64,000 nucleotides of DNA from Myxococcota bacterium (GTDB lineage: Bacteria; Myxococcota_A; UBA796; CAJQPC01). Positions 50,481-60,193 of the stretch are shown piece after piece. The stretch spans positions 21,729 through 85,728 of the forward strand of contig JAZAMN010000034.1 in the NCBI GenBank assembly GCA_036229005.1, written 5' to 3'. Within the stretch, counting starts at the first letter, position 1. Each line of letters opens with the position of its first letter. The notes beneath the pieces are model-generated. The model saw only the letters and a list, made by a program, of their open reading frames with translations. It did not search any database and was not told the origin of the DNA. Position numbers and translations under genes: made by a program.

Positions 50481-51752
50481 TCAGCTCCGCTCAGGGGTCA
50501 AGAAGCGCTCGCCGGCCTCGACGCCGAGGCCGTGTCCGACCGAGGTGAAGGCGTCGCGCTCGAGCAGGCGACCGGGGAAGCGCTGCTCAAAGATGCCCCG
50601 GACCGCAGGGACCAGGGACGTACCGCCGGTCAGGAACACCGCGCCGACCTGGTCGGGCGTCACATCGCAGTCCTGCAGCAGCTTGTCCAGGCAGGCCCCC
50701 ATCTTGCCCAGCAGTGGGTCGATGGCGGCGTCGAAGTCCCGGCGCAGCACCGGCTCCTCCAGCACAAAGCCGGGGGCGCGGAAGCTCAGGATGCCCTCGG
50801 GGCCCTTCGAGAGCTCGATCTTGCAGCGCTCCACCGCCTGGAAGAGCTGGAAGCCCAGGTTCTCGACCAGCAGGGTGTGGAGGCGCTCCAGGCCGACCTT
50901 GTCGTCTGCGCTGCGCATCCAGGACTCCAGGGTCTCCAGGGTGTCCGGGGTGTTCGCGAAACTCAGGCTGTGCCAGTTGCACAGCGCCAGGTGCAGGTGG
51001 TTGGGGATGGGGACGGGCTTGAGCAGCGGGCTCCAGCGCGCGCCGTGTCCCATGCGCGGCCAGACCACGAGCTGCACCAGGGCGGCGTCCAGATCGTTGC
51101 CCGCCACGTTGACGCCGGAGCTGCCCAGCACGTCCTCGCGGCGGTCCTGCCGGCCGACCTTGTCGGGGCCCAGGCGCATCAGGGTGAAGTCGGTTGTGCC
51201 GCCGCCCAGGTCCCCCACCAGGCAGAGCACCTCGGCGTCCAGGCTGGCCTCGAAGGCGCGCGCCGCGGCGATGGGCTCGTACTGGAAGGCGATATCCTGG
51301 AACCCGGCCATGGACGCGGCGATCTCCAGCCTGCGCTCGGCCAGGGCGTCGCGCTCGGGGTCGTCGTGGAACACCGCCGGGCGCCCCATCAGCACGGCCT
51401 CGACCTCCTCACCGGCCTCCTCGCTGGCCTGCACGCGCAGCGACTCCAAAAAGCCCGCGATGAGCTCCGAGAGATCCATGGCGCGGCCATGCACGAAGGT
51501 CGTCGTGAAGGTCTTGGAGGGCAGGTAGCGCTTGATCGACTGCACCAGGCGCCCGTCCATCTCCTGCGCCACGTAGGCGTCGATGGCCGGCGTGCCGTGG
51601 TACTCCCGCTTGTCGTTGCCGAAGTACAGCAGCGTGGGGCGGGTCTGGGGCGGGTGGTGCCCCGGCTCCAGCAGCAGCGCCCGGACGCCCTCCGGCCCGG
51701 CCAGGGACAGAGTGGTGTTCGAGGTGCCGAAGTCCAGACCGCAGGCGTGCAT
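50481..51752 (-). CDS. Hsp70-family ATPase (YegD-like, no substrate-binding domain)
   Basis: GLDFGTSN, GRP..F, EPIAAA, DLGGGTTDF, AGNDLD, LTGGTS.VP, FTSV..GL. Confidence 0.85.
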   Translation of the reverse strand: MHACGLDFGTSNTTLSLAGPEGVRALLLEPGHHPPQTRPTLLYFGNDKREYHGTPAIDAYVAQEMDGRLVQSIKRYLPSKTFTTTFVHGRAMDLSELIAGFLESLRVQASEEAGEEVEAVLMGRPAVFHDDPERDALAERRLEIAASMAGFQDIAFQYEPIAAARAFEASLDAEVLCLVGDLGGGTTDFTLMRLGPDKVGRQDRREDVLGSSGVNVAGNDLDAALVQLVVWPRMGHGARWSPLLKPVPIPNHLHLALCNWHSLSFANTPDTLETLESWMRSADDKVGLERLHTLLVENLGFQLFQAVERCKIELSKGPEGILSFRAPGFVLEEPVLRRDFDAAIDPLLGKMGACLDKLLQDCDVTPDQVGAVFLTGGTSLVPAVRGIFEQRFPGRLLERDAFTSVGHGLGVEAGERFLTPERS

Positions 51753-51785
51753 GAGGGCTCCAAAGCGAGCCCCAGCCCTAACGAC

Positions 51786-52259
51786 TCAGAACCAGTAGTG
51801 CGCGCCCAGGCTCGCGCCCGACCCCAGGGTCTGCAGGCCAACGCCCGCGCTGGAGAAGTCCACCTGCACGCCCCACTGCAGGGTGAAGCCCAGGTTCTCC
51901 AGCCCGAACAGGAAGAACTCCGCGCCCATCACCGGCTCCAGCCTGAAGGTCGGCGTGCCCGCGTTGTTCAGGTAGCCGGCGCCCACGCCGAGCTGGAAGT
52001 TCATGTTGTCTTCCGCCGCGACGCCGTAGAGCCCGCGCACCCCAACGAACGCGCTGTTGGCTGCGCTGGGGTCCAGGTCCGTCCCCACGATGAGCTGCCC
52101 CTGCGCGTTGAGCTGGGGCTTGGCGGTCGGGAAGCTGTACTTGGCCGAGAGCGCCCCCATGCCGGAGAGCTGCTGCTCGAAGCCCACCCCCACGCGGCCG
52201 CGCAGGTCCTTGGCCTCAGCGGTGGAGACCATGCTCAGGAGCAGCGCGATTGGGGTCAT
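51786..52259 (-). CDS. Small outer-membrane beta-barrel protein
   Basis: Signal peptide ending AEA, alternating aromatic/Gly strands, GAEFFL..L.NLGF, C-terminal HYWF beta-signal. Confidence 0.7.
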   Translation of the reverse strand: MTPIALLLSMVSTAEAKDLRGRVGVGFEQQLSGMGALSAKYSFPTAKPQLNAQGQLIVGTDLDPSAANSAFVGVRGLYGVAAEDNMNFQLGVGAGYLNNAGTPTFRLEPVMGAEFFLFGLENLGFTLQWGVQVDFSSAGVGLQTLGSGASLGAHYWF

Positions 52260-52282
52260 CTTCAGCCTCGGTTGACGCAAGC

Positions 52283-52312
52283 AAGCTATCCATCGGGCTC
52301 TTGCCCTGTCAA
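52283..52312 (-). promoter_or_regulatory. Putative sigma70-type promoter of the small OMP
   Basis: TTGACA (52312-52307), 18 nt, TAGCTT (52288-52283). Confidence 0.55.
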
Positions 52313-52368
52313 GACCTCGGGCCGCCCCCCGACGGACGCGGTACCTTTGGCGCCAGCCCAGGTACTCC

Positions 52369-55300
52369 ATGCTGCCCCTGCTCTCGCTGCTGACCGCCCC
52401 CAGCGCCGTCCACGCCGCCGCCTACGACCCGGCCCTCGAGTGGCGGACCCTGCGCACCGAGCACTTCGAGATCACCTTCCACCAGGGCGAAGAGCAGCTC
52501 GCCAACGAGCTCGGCCACAGCGCCGAGGCCATCTACGCCGAGCTCACCGCCGACATGGACTGGACCCCCAAGGCGCCCACCCGCATCGTGCTCGTCGACC
52601 ACACCGACGTCGCCAACGGCTACGCCACTACGGTCCCCTACAACGCCATCGTCATCTTCGTGACCGCCCCCGAAGCCGCCTCCGGCCTGTCCCTCTACGA
52701 GGACTGGTCGAGCATGATCTTCACCCACGAGTACGCCCACATCCTGCACCTGGACAACGTCCAGGGCGGCCCCGCGCTGCTCCGCCACGTCCTCGGCCGC
52801 ATCATCTCGGTCAACCAGCTCTCCCCTTGGTGGATCGTCGAGGGCTCGGCCACCTACCAGGAGTCCCGCCACAGCACCGGCGGCCGCGGCTACCTGGACA
52901 ACCCCAACTCGGACATGGTCATCCGGACCGCGCTGCTGGAGGGCACCTTCCCCAGCCTGGACCAGATGGACGGCTTCATGTCCGGGCCCCCCGGCGGCAA
53001 CACCCGCTACGTCTTCGGCCAGTCCTTCCTCAGCTACGTCGCGGACAACAGCTCCGACGACGCCATCACCCGCTGGAACAGCTCCTACGGCGGCTGGTGG
53101 CTCCCCTACCTGCTCCCCGCCGAGCGCGTCTTCGGCCAGAGCTGGACCGCCCTCTACGACGGCTGGGTCGCCGAGCTCAGCGCCCGCTACGCCGAGCAGC
53201 AGGCCCAGGTCCAAGCCGGCCCCCAAGGCCTCCAGGGCACCCCAATCACCCAGGTCGACGGTAGCTGCTACGGCGCCACCTTCTCCCCCGACGGCGAGAA
53301 GCTCCTCTACGCCTGCAGCGAGCGCACCGTCGGCTCCAACATCTTCCTCGCCAAGGCCGACGGCTCCGACCCGCAGATCGAGGTCCCCGAGGGCTTCGCC
53401 AAGACCTTCACCTGGCGCCCCGACTCCCAGGCCTTCGCCTGGTCCGCCAACCACGTCGTCGACGACTTCAACCTCTACAACGACGTCTACTTCCACGCCC
53501 TGGACACCGAGAGCACCACCCGCCTCACCGACGGCCAGCGCGCCCGCGACCCCGCGTTCTCCCCCGACGGCTCCCAGCTCCTCCTGGTCAAGAACCAGGC
53601 CCAGAACAACAACCTGGGCCGCATGCACATCGACCAGTCGGTCACCCAGCTCACCGACTACAGCGACCACACCCAGCTCGGCACCCCGCGCTGGTCCCCC
53701 GACGGCCGCTTCATCGCCCTCAGCGTCTGGCAGGACGGCCAGCGCGACCTGTGGATCTTCGATGCCCTGGGTCAGCCCTACCGCCGCGTCACCGCCGACA
53801 TCCACACCGACCGCGACCCCGCCTGGTCCGCAGACGGCCGCACCCTCTACTTCGCCTCCGACCGCAGCGGCATCTCCAACCTCTACGCCATCGACCTGGA
53901 GAGCGAGCGCCTCTACCAGCTCACCAACGTCCTCAGCGGCGCCTTCCAGCCCGAGCCCCACCCCGACGGCACCCAGCTCATCTGGCAACAGTTCCACGCC
54001 CAGGGCTACCAGCTCGTCCTCGCCGACCTGGACCGCGACGCCTGGGTGGACCGCGGACTGCTCCCCCTCGACCTCGACCACGCCGGGGACCTCTCCGAAA
54101 TCGTGCGTCCCCAGGGAGGAGGTGAGGACCCGCAGCCCCCCCAGATCCCGGCCCACCTCCCCAGCACCGACAGCGGCTTCACCGGTGCCTCAACCGCCCC
54201 CCCCAGCGAGGTCACCGGTTCCCTGTCCAACCCCGCGCCGTCCAGACACGCAGTGGGCAGCGACCAGCCCACCCGCGGGGCCGACCAGGACGACTTCACC
54301 CGCGTCCGAGACGACAAGGGCGAGCAGGACCGCGACTACCCCTTCGACTTCCCCGTCCAGGACTACCGGCCCGGGTCCACGCTCTTCCCTCCCCGCTACC
54401 TGATGCCCTCGCTCTACAGCACCGGCATCGGCGTCGCCGGCTCCCTGAGCACCGCCGGCCGTGACCAGCTCAACCGCCACATCTGGGGCGCCTCCCTCAG
54501 CTATCGCAGCGACGCCAACTTCATCGGCGGTGGGGCCACCTACATCTACAACCGCTGGCGCCCGGTCATCTCCCTGAGCGCCAGCCACAGCGCCGTCCCC
54601 TACGGCGCCATCTACCGCCTGCCCGACGGCGACGCCGGCGTCGGCATCCCCACCGTCGAGCCCACCGACCAGCGCTACTGGGACAAGCGCACCCGCTTCG
54701 GCGCCGGCGTCACCTACAGCCGGCGTCAGCGCACGAACCTCTACCTCCGCTACAGCGGCGTCCTGCGGCGCCCCCTGGAGACCCTCCCCAGCGGAGTCTA
54801 CGAGCCCTTCCTGCCCACCCGCGGCTTCCTCTCCACCGTCTCGGGCGGCTGGCGCTACTACCGCGGCCGCGCCTACAGCTACTCCATCTCCCCCGAGGAC
54901 TCCCGCTACCTCGCCCTGGACGCCAACTTCACCACCAGCCTGCTGGGCTCCTTCACCTACGAGGACGGCAAGACCTCCCCCTTCAACCGCGTCCAGCTCA
55001 TGGGCGAAGCCCGCGAGTACGTCGCCCTCCCCTGGGCCGACAACCACGTCCTCGCCCTGCGCGCTGCCGGCGGCATCGCAATCGGCGACCAGCTCAACCA
55101 GGGCAGCTTCATCCTGGGCGGCAGCTTCGGCGAGAGCCCTTGGGTGGCCACCCCTGCCGAGTGGCAGGCCCTGCGCGGCTACGCCCTCGGGGCCGATCGC
55201 GGCGACGGCTACTACCTGGGCTCCCTGGAGTACCGCGCCCCCCTCTGGCGCATCGACCGCGGCTGGCGCACCGCCCCCATCTTCCTGCGCACCCTCCACG

Positions 55301-55518
55301 GCGCCGCCTTCGTCGACGTCGGCGACGCCTTCTACACCGCCGACACCCTCGAGGTCCCCCGGGTCGGCGTCGGCGCCGAACTCCGCCTGGGCATGCTCGC
55401 CGGCTGGGGCCTGGGCTTCAACAGCCGCGTCGGGTACGCCGTCGGCCTGACCGGCACCGGCGCCTTCGGCCCGGTGGACGCGGGCAGCGTGTACTTCCGC
55501 CTCGGCACCTCATTCTGA
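52369..55518 (+). CDS. Zn-peptidase (HExxH) + TolB-like PD40 propeller + Omp85/TamA barrel fusion
   Basis: Signal peptide, THEYAH...PWWIVEG.A, repeated P.(F/W)SPDG, LRGY, SLEYR.PL, FVDVG, GVGAELR, terminal YFRLGTSF. Confidence 0.8.
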   Translation: MLPLLSLLTAPSAVHAAAYDPALEWRTLRTEHFEITFHQGEEQLANELGHSAEAIYAELTADMDWTPKAPTRIVLVDHTDVANGYATTVPYNAIVIFVTAPEAASGLSLYEDWSSMIFTHEYAHILHLDNVQGGPALLRHVLGRIISVNQLSPWWIVEGSATYQESRHSTGGRGYLDNPNSDMVIRTALLEGTFPSLDQMDGFMSGPPGGNTRYVFGQSFLSYVADNSSDDAITRWNSSYGGWWLPYLLPAERVFGQSWTALYDGWVAELSARYAEQQAQVQAGPQGLQGTPITQVDGSCYGATFSPDGEKLLYACSERTVGSNIFLAKADGSDPQIEVPEGFAKTFTWRPDSQAFAWSANHVVDDFNLYNDVYFHALDTESTTRLTDGQRARDPAFSPDGSQLLLVKNQAQNNNLGRMHIDQSVTQLTDYSDHTQLGTPRWSPDGRFIALSVWQDGQRDLWIFDALGQPYRRVTADIHTDRDPAWSADGRTLYFASDRSGISNLYAIDLESERLYQLTNVLSGAFQPEPHPDGTQLIWQQFHAQGYQLVLADLDRDAWVDRGLLPLDLDHAGDLSEIVRPQGGGEDPQPPQIPAHLPSTDSGFTGASTAPPSEVTGSLSNPAPSRHAVGSDQPTRGADQDDFTRVRDDKGEQDRDYPFDFPVQDYRPGSTLFPPRYLMPSLYSTGIGVAGSLSTAGRDQLNRHIWGASLSYRSDANFIGGGATYIYNRWRPVISLSASHSAVPYGAIYRLPDGDAGVGIPTVEPTDQRYWDKRTRFGAGVTYSRRQRTNLYLRYSGVLRRPLETLPSGVYEPFLPTRGFLSTVSGGWRYYRGRAYSYSISPEDSRYLALDANFTTSLLGSFTYEDGKTSPFNRVQLMGEAREYVALPWADNHVLALRAAGGIAIGDQLNQGSFILGGSFGESPWVATPAEWQALRGYALGADRGDGYYLGSLEYRAPLWRIDRGWRTAPIFLRTLHGAAFVDVGDAFYTADTLEVPRVGVGAELRLGMLAGWGLGFNSRVGYAVGLTGTGAFGPVDAGSVYFRLGTSF

Positions 55519-55530
55519 AACGTCCCAAGC

Positions 55531-55819
55531 GGCTACGCCCTCCGAATGAGCGCTCCGCCGAAGCTACGGCCTCTGAGTGAGCGGTCCTCCGAGGCTACGC
55601 CCCACCGGTGAGCGCTTTCCCCACCGATCAGCCCCCGATTCGCTCCCAAAGGGCCCATTTCAGCCCAAAATACCCCCAAATCAGGCGCCCATGCCCGCCT
55701 CAGCGCTCACCGAGTCCCCGTAGCCTCGGGCGAGCGCTCACTGAGCCCCCGTAGCCACAGGTCACCGCTCACTCGCCCCCCGTAGCCACAGGCCACCGCT
55801 CACTCACCCCCCGTAGCCA
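55531..55819. repeat. Inverted pair of 31-bp-periodic repeat arrays (3 + 4 units)
   Basis: GCTACG-N9-TGAGCG at 55532, 55563 and 55594. Reverse complement CGCTCA-N9-CGTAGC at 55704, 55735, 55766 and 55797. Confidence 0.9.
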
Positions 55820-55941
55820 CGCCCGCAGGCAAGCGACCCGCGCCCGCATCGGAATCCCCGGCCCACTCCCCGGGTCCAGAGGACCCGTACGCCTCCAGAT
55901 CCTCCCTTTGCTCTTGCCACGTCAACAGATACCCTCCCCCC

Positions 55942-57978
55942 ATGCTCCTGCTCCTCGCCTCCCTCGCCGCCGCCGCCCTCCCTGCTGACGCCCAGGTCGC
56001 CCTCCGACGGGGGGACTGCCGCACGGCGATGCCGATCCTGGAGCCCCTGGACGGCCTCGACGCCGCCGTGGCCCGTGCCCGCTGCGGGAGCCCCGAGGGC
56101 CTGGAGTCCCACCTCGACCCCAGCTCCCCCCTGGATCCCTACGCCCGGCTGCTCCTCGCTCGGGCCCTGCTGGAGACCGACCCCGCCAAGGTGGAGTCCC
56201 TGCTCCAGGGGGTGAGCCTCGATGGCGAGCTGGGCCTTGAGCTCCGCCTCATCCGGGGCCGGGCCCTCATCCAACAGGAGCGCAGCCTGGAGGCCCGCGA
56301 CGACCTCCGCGCGCTCCTGAACACCTCCGCCCGCAGCGAGGCCCTCTACTGGCTGGCCTACGGCGCCGAGCAGCGGGGGGACGACTTCGCCGCCGCCGAC
56401 GCCTACCGCACCATGTGGACCCAGGAGGTCGCCTCCCCCTTCTCCGCCCTCGCCGGCGAGCGCCTCCAGGGCCTGGGCTACACCGTCCCCGACTACGAGA
56501 CCGAGGCCGGCCGGGAGCTCGTCCTCACCCGCGCCCGCAACCTCGCCAAGGAGAAGCGCCCCGAGGAGGCCGCCCCCCTCTTCCAGGCCCTGGACCCCCA
56601 CATGGACGGCGCGCGCTGGGATCGAGAGCTCGCCATGGCCCTGTTCAAGGCCCGGGACTACCCCGCCTCCATGGAGGCCATGGGCCGCCTGAACCCCACC
56701 CAACCCGGCGTCGTCGGGGGCGCGGAGACCCTCTTCCACTACGCCCTGGGGACCTCCCGCAACGGCGACTACGAGAAGGCCGCCGAGTACTACACCGCCC
56801 TCTTCACGCAGTACCCCAGCACCAAGCGCGCGGACACCGCCTCCTTCAAGCTCGGCTACCTGCGCTTCGACGCCGGCGACCTGCAGGCCGGCATCCCCCT
56901 CTTCGAGGCCCACCTGCAGCGCTACCCCAGCTCCGCCCACGCCGACGAGGCCATGTGGTTCATCGGCTGGTCCCACTACCAGCTCGGCCAGCTCGACCCC
57001 GCCAAGGCCGCCTTCGACAAGCTGCTGACCCGCACCCCCAAATCCTCGCTCGCCCCCGCGGCCCTCTACTGGAAGGCCCGCATCCTCGGCCGCAAGGGGG
57101 ATGCCCAGGGGGAGGAGGAGGCCCTGAGCTCCCTCATCGATCGCTACCCCACCTCCGGACATGCCTGGTTCGCCGCAGAGCGCCTGGGGAGGACCTTCCA
57201 AGGCATCGGCGAGGTCACCGTTCCGCCGCTCCCCCAGGACTTCATCGACCAGACTCCGGCCGCCCGGGATGGCCTCGCCCTGCTCGAGGCCGGCCAGGTC
57301 GACTGGGCCCGCGCTCGCTTGCTGGAGGGCACCTCAGCCGCCAGGGCCAAAGGCCGCAGTGTTGCCCTCTCCTACGCCCACCTGCTCATCAAAGCCGGCG
57401 CCTACCGCGAGGCCAAGTCCCTCGCCAGCCCCTGGTGCCCCGGAGTCACCCGCGCCGCCAACGACCCGCTGGCCGCCTCCGCCTGCACCCCGCGCCCGGA
57501 GCACGACGTCGTCCAGGAGGCCGCCGCCAAGGCCGGCCTCAACCCCAACCTGCCCTACGCCATCATGACCGCCGAGTCCGCCCTCCAGCCCCAGGTCAGC
57601 TCCTGGGCAGGCGCCCGAGGCCTCATGCAGCTCATGCCCTCGCTGGGAGACGAGCTCCACGCCGAGCTGCAAGAGGGCATCCCCTACGACCCCGACCGCC
57701 TCTTCATCGCCGGCTACAACGCGTGGCTGGGCACCACCGAGCTCGGCCGCCTCGACACCCGCTTCCGGGACGCCGGCATCTCCCCCGCGCTCCCCCTCAC
57801 CATCGCCGGCTACAACGGCGGCGCCGAGGCCGTCGCCCGCTGGGTCGAGGCCGCCGAGAGCCCCGACGGCGACTGGTTCGCCGAGAACATCGGCTACACC
57901 GAGACCCGCCGCTACTGCCGCCGCGTTTTGGGCTTCTTGATGATGTACCGCTGGGTCTACGGCGACGACCCCGCCTGA
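55942..57978 (+). CDS. TPR-containing soluble lytic transglycosylase (Slt70-like)
   Basis: Signal peptide, TPR helices, AIMTAES catalytic Glu, GARGLMQLMP, AGYNGG, ETRRY. Confidence 0.9.
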   Translation: MLLLLASLAAAALPADAQVALRRGDCRTAMPILEPLDGLDAAVARARCGSPEGLESHLDPSSPLDPYARLLLARALLETDPAKVESLLQGVSLDGELGLELRLIRGRALIQQERSLEARDDLRALLNTSARSEALYWLAYGAEQRGDDFAAADAYRTMWTQEVASPFSALAGERLQGLGYTVPDYETEAGRELVLTRARNLAKEKRPEEAAPLFQALDPHMDGARWDRELAMALFKARDYPASMEAMGRLNPTQPGVVGGAETLFHYALGTSRNGDYEKAAEYYTALFTQYPSTKRADTASFKLGYLRFDAGDLQAGIPLFEAHLQRYPSSAHADEAMWFIGWSHYQLGQLDPAKAAFDKLLTRTPKSSLAPAALYWKARILGRKGDAQGEEEALSSLIDRYPTSGHAWFAAERLGRTFQGIGEVTVPPLPQDFIDQTPAARDGLALLEAGQVDWARARLLEGTSAARAKGRSVALSYAHLLIKAGAYREAKSLASPWCPGVTRAANDPLAASACTPRPEHDVVQEAAAKAGLNPNLPYAIMTAESALQPQVSSWAGARGLMQLMPSLGDELHAELQEGIPYDPDRLFIAGYNAWLGTTELGRLDTRFRDAGISPALPLTIAGYNGGAEAVARWVEAAESPDGDWFAENIGYTETRRYCRRVLGFLMMYRWVYGDDPA

Positions 57979-57981
57979 GCC

Positions 57982-59649
57982 CTAGCTCAGCTCGACCTCC
58001 ACCGGCATCACAGCCAGCGCCTGTCCCGGAGCCTCCAGCAGCAGCTCTGCGGCCGGCGGCAGCCGCAGCATCGGCGCCAGGCGCCCCACCGGCCCCAGCA
58101 TCTGCACAAGCCCCGCCGGGAGCAGCCGTCGCAGCAGGTTCGCTGGCGGCCGGACCGCGAGATCCACCCGCTTGTAGGGCCCGGCCATCTGCGCCAGCTC
58201 CCGCGCCATGTTCACCGCCTGGGTCAGCCCGCCCAGACCATCCACGAGCCCCCGCTCCAAGGCGTCCCGGCCCGCCCAGACCCGCCCCTGGGCCACCGGC
58301 TCGATCTCCTCCACCGGGCGCCCGCGCCCCTGACTGACGCGCTCCAAGAAGCCCTTGTAAGCGTGGGCCAGCCGCTCCTTGAAGCGCTGCCGCTGCTCCG
58401 GAGTGAAGGGCTCATCCGGCCGGTACATGCCCAGGTGGGGGCCTCCGCCGACCGCCTCCGAGAACACCCCCAGCCGCGAGGCCGCCTCCCCCGTCACCAG
58501 CTTGCCGCCGACCACCCCGATCGAGCCCGTCACCGTGCCCGGGCTCGCGTAGATCTTCCGCGCCGGCGCAGAGATGTAGTAGCCGCCGCTCGCCGACACA
58601 TCACCGAAGCAGGCCACCACCGGCTTGACCTCGTTGAGCTCGGCCACTTCCTTCCAGATCAGGTCCGAGGCCAGCACGCTGCCGCCCGGTGAGTTCACCG
58701 CCAGCACGACCGACCGGACCTCCTCGTCCTCCTTGAGCTCCCGCAGCACCGGGATGACCTCGCCCGGCGCGATCCGCTGCCTGCCCTGCGGCTCATGCCC
58801 CATGGTGATGTTCCCCGCCAGGTGGAGCACTGCCACGCTCGGCAGCCTCTGGCTGTAGCGACTCAGCCGCCGCACCCAGCCCAGCGCCCGCGAGATCTGC
58901 CCCAGCTTCACCCGCTCGACGTCGCCCTCCTGGATCCCCAGCAGGCCCGCCAGGTGCCCATCGAGCTCCCCGTCGTAGGCGAGCCCGTCGATAAGGCCGA
59001 GGTCGGTGGCCTCCTGAGGCGACATGGGTCCCTTCACCATCACCGCATCCAGGTCCTCCCGCGACAGCTTGCGGGACTCCCCGATGCAAGCGAGGAGCTC
59101 CTCGTTCAGACCGTCCACCAGCGCCTGGGTGGCCTCCCGGTTCTCGGGGCTGGCCACCCGCCGCGTGAACGCCTCCCCCATCGACTTGTAGGCCCCCGCG
59201 GACACCACATCGAAGCGCAGGCCCAGGCTCTCCAGCGCCGGCCCGAAGAAGCGCAGGCTCCCCCCGACCCCGGTCAGGGACACCTCGCCCATAGGAGGCA
59301 CCAGCACCCGATCCGCGACCGACGCCAGGTAGAGCGAGCCATTGGACAGCCCCTCAGCGAGCACCACGACCTGCACACCGCTCGCGCGCACCCGCTCGAG
59401 CCCATCCCGCCACTCCTTGAGCGAAGCCCAGCCCCAGCCCAACCCGCCCAGGTGGATCAGCAGCCCTCGGATCTCCGGGAGCCTACAGGCCGCCTCCACG
59501 GTGGACAGCAGAAGCAGCGGCTCCTGGCTCTCCGCCCCAAGCTCCAGCTCCAGCACGCGGTCCACTCCGAGCCACCCCTGAAGCAGCCCGGCACCGAGCC
59601 ACGAGAGCCCTCCAGCGATGGGGCGCGTCAAGCTCTGCACAACCGACAT
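57982..59649 (-). CDS. sppA: Signal peptide peptidase SppA (two-domain S49)
   Basis: YLASVAD, GAYKS, VNSPGGS, ASGGYY, TGSIGV, AQGRVW.G..A...GLVD.LGG. Confidence 0.9.
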   Translation of the reverse strand: MSVVQSLTRPIAGGLSWLGAGLLQGWLGVDRVLELELGAESQEPLLLLSTVEAACRLPEIRGLLIHLGGLGWGWASLKEWRDGLERVRASGVQVVVLAEGLSNGSLYLASVADRVLVPPMGEVSLTGVGGSLRFFGPALESLGLRFDVVSAGAYKSMGEAFTRRVASPENREATQALVDGLNEELLACIGESRKLSREDLDAVMVKGPMSPQEATDLGLIDGLAYDGELDGHLAGLLGIQEGDVERVKLGQISRALGWVRRLSRYSQRLPSVAVLHLAGNITMGHEPQGRQRIAPGEVIPVLRELKEDEEVRSVVLAVNSPGGSVLASDLIWKEVAELNEVKPVVACFGDVSASGGYYISAPARKIYASPGTVTGSIGVVGGKLVTGEAASRLGVFSEAVGGGPHLGMYRPDEPFTPEQRQRFKERLAHAYKGFLERVSQGRGRPVEEIEPVAQGRVWAGRDALERGLVDGLGGLTQAVNMARELAQMAGPYKRVDLAVRPPANLLRRLLPAGLVQMLGPVGRLAPMLRLPPAAELLLEAPGQALAVMPVEVELS

Positions 59650-59753
59650 GTGAACTCCTGCTTGGAACAGAACGGCGTCGCGGGTATCTAAACAACACGG
59701 CTAATCACCCTGGGACGCCCGGCATGGGGTCCCTCCAGAATGCAGGAGCCTGC

Positions 59754-60146
59754 GTGCCCTTTGTGCTCAGTGACCAGGAACACCAGATGATGGCCTTCGT
59801 GAGCGAGTCGGATCTGGTCGATCTCGCCGTGGAGCTCGACTACGTGCCCGAGGCCCAGATCGACCGGGTCGCCCTCCTCAACGCCCTCATCCCCCGCATC
59901 CTGGACCTCGCCGAGCGGGAGGGCCTGCCCTTCTCCAAGTACGACGCCGACGACATCGCCGAGCTCCCCCAGCACCACCGCGCCGCCCTGGCCAATCGCA
60001 TGGGCTGGCCCGCCGACCCCAGCGGCATGCTCAAGCAGGGCGAGAAGGTCTACAAGCGCTACCGGAAGCGCCGCAACAGCCAGGTCGCAGTGATGCTCCC
60101 GATGCTGATCTCCGCCGTCGCCCGCTGCGCCCACGAGGGCCACTGA
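59754..60146 (+). CDS. Hypothetical protein
   Basis: ORF with AGGAG SD before GTG 59754 and gene-like C/G-ending codons. No recognised motif. Confidence 0.65.
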   Translation: MPFVLSDQEHQMMAFVSESDLVDLAVELDYVPEAQIDRVALLNALIPRILDLAEREGLPFSKYDADDIAELPQHHRAALANRMGWPADPSGMLKQGEKVYKRYRKRRNSQVAVMLPMLISAVARCAHEGH

Positions 60147-60193
60147 ATCGGCATTCAGTCCGCAAAGGACACGACAACAAGCCTCTTCACAGG

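Noticed and set aside
55531..55819. CRISPR array or TIGR-type guide array
   Set aside because: Conserved parts are only 6-nt boxes, the 9/10-nt spacers are related to each other, the arms are inverted, and no cas or Nop-domain gene is in the window. Kept as an unexplained repeat instead.
52369..57978. Strongly C-rich plus strand as a sign of horizontal transfer
   Set aside because: Consistent with C-ending codon preference plus replication skew (most genes and the rRNA are on minus), and the pdh genes show it too. No mobility genes or boundaries. Not computed.
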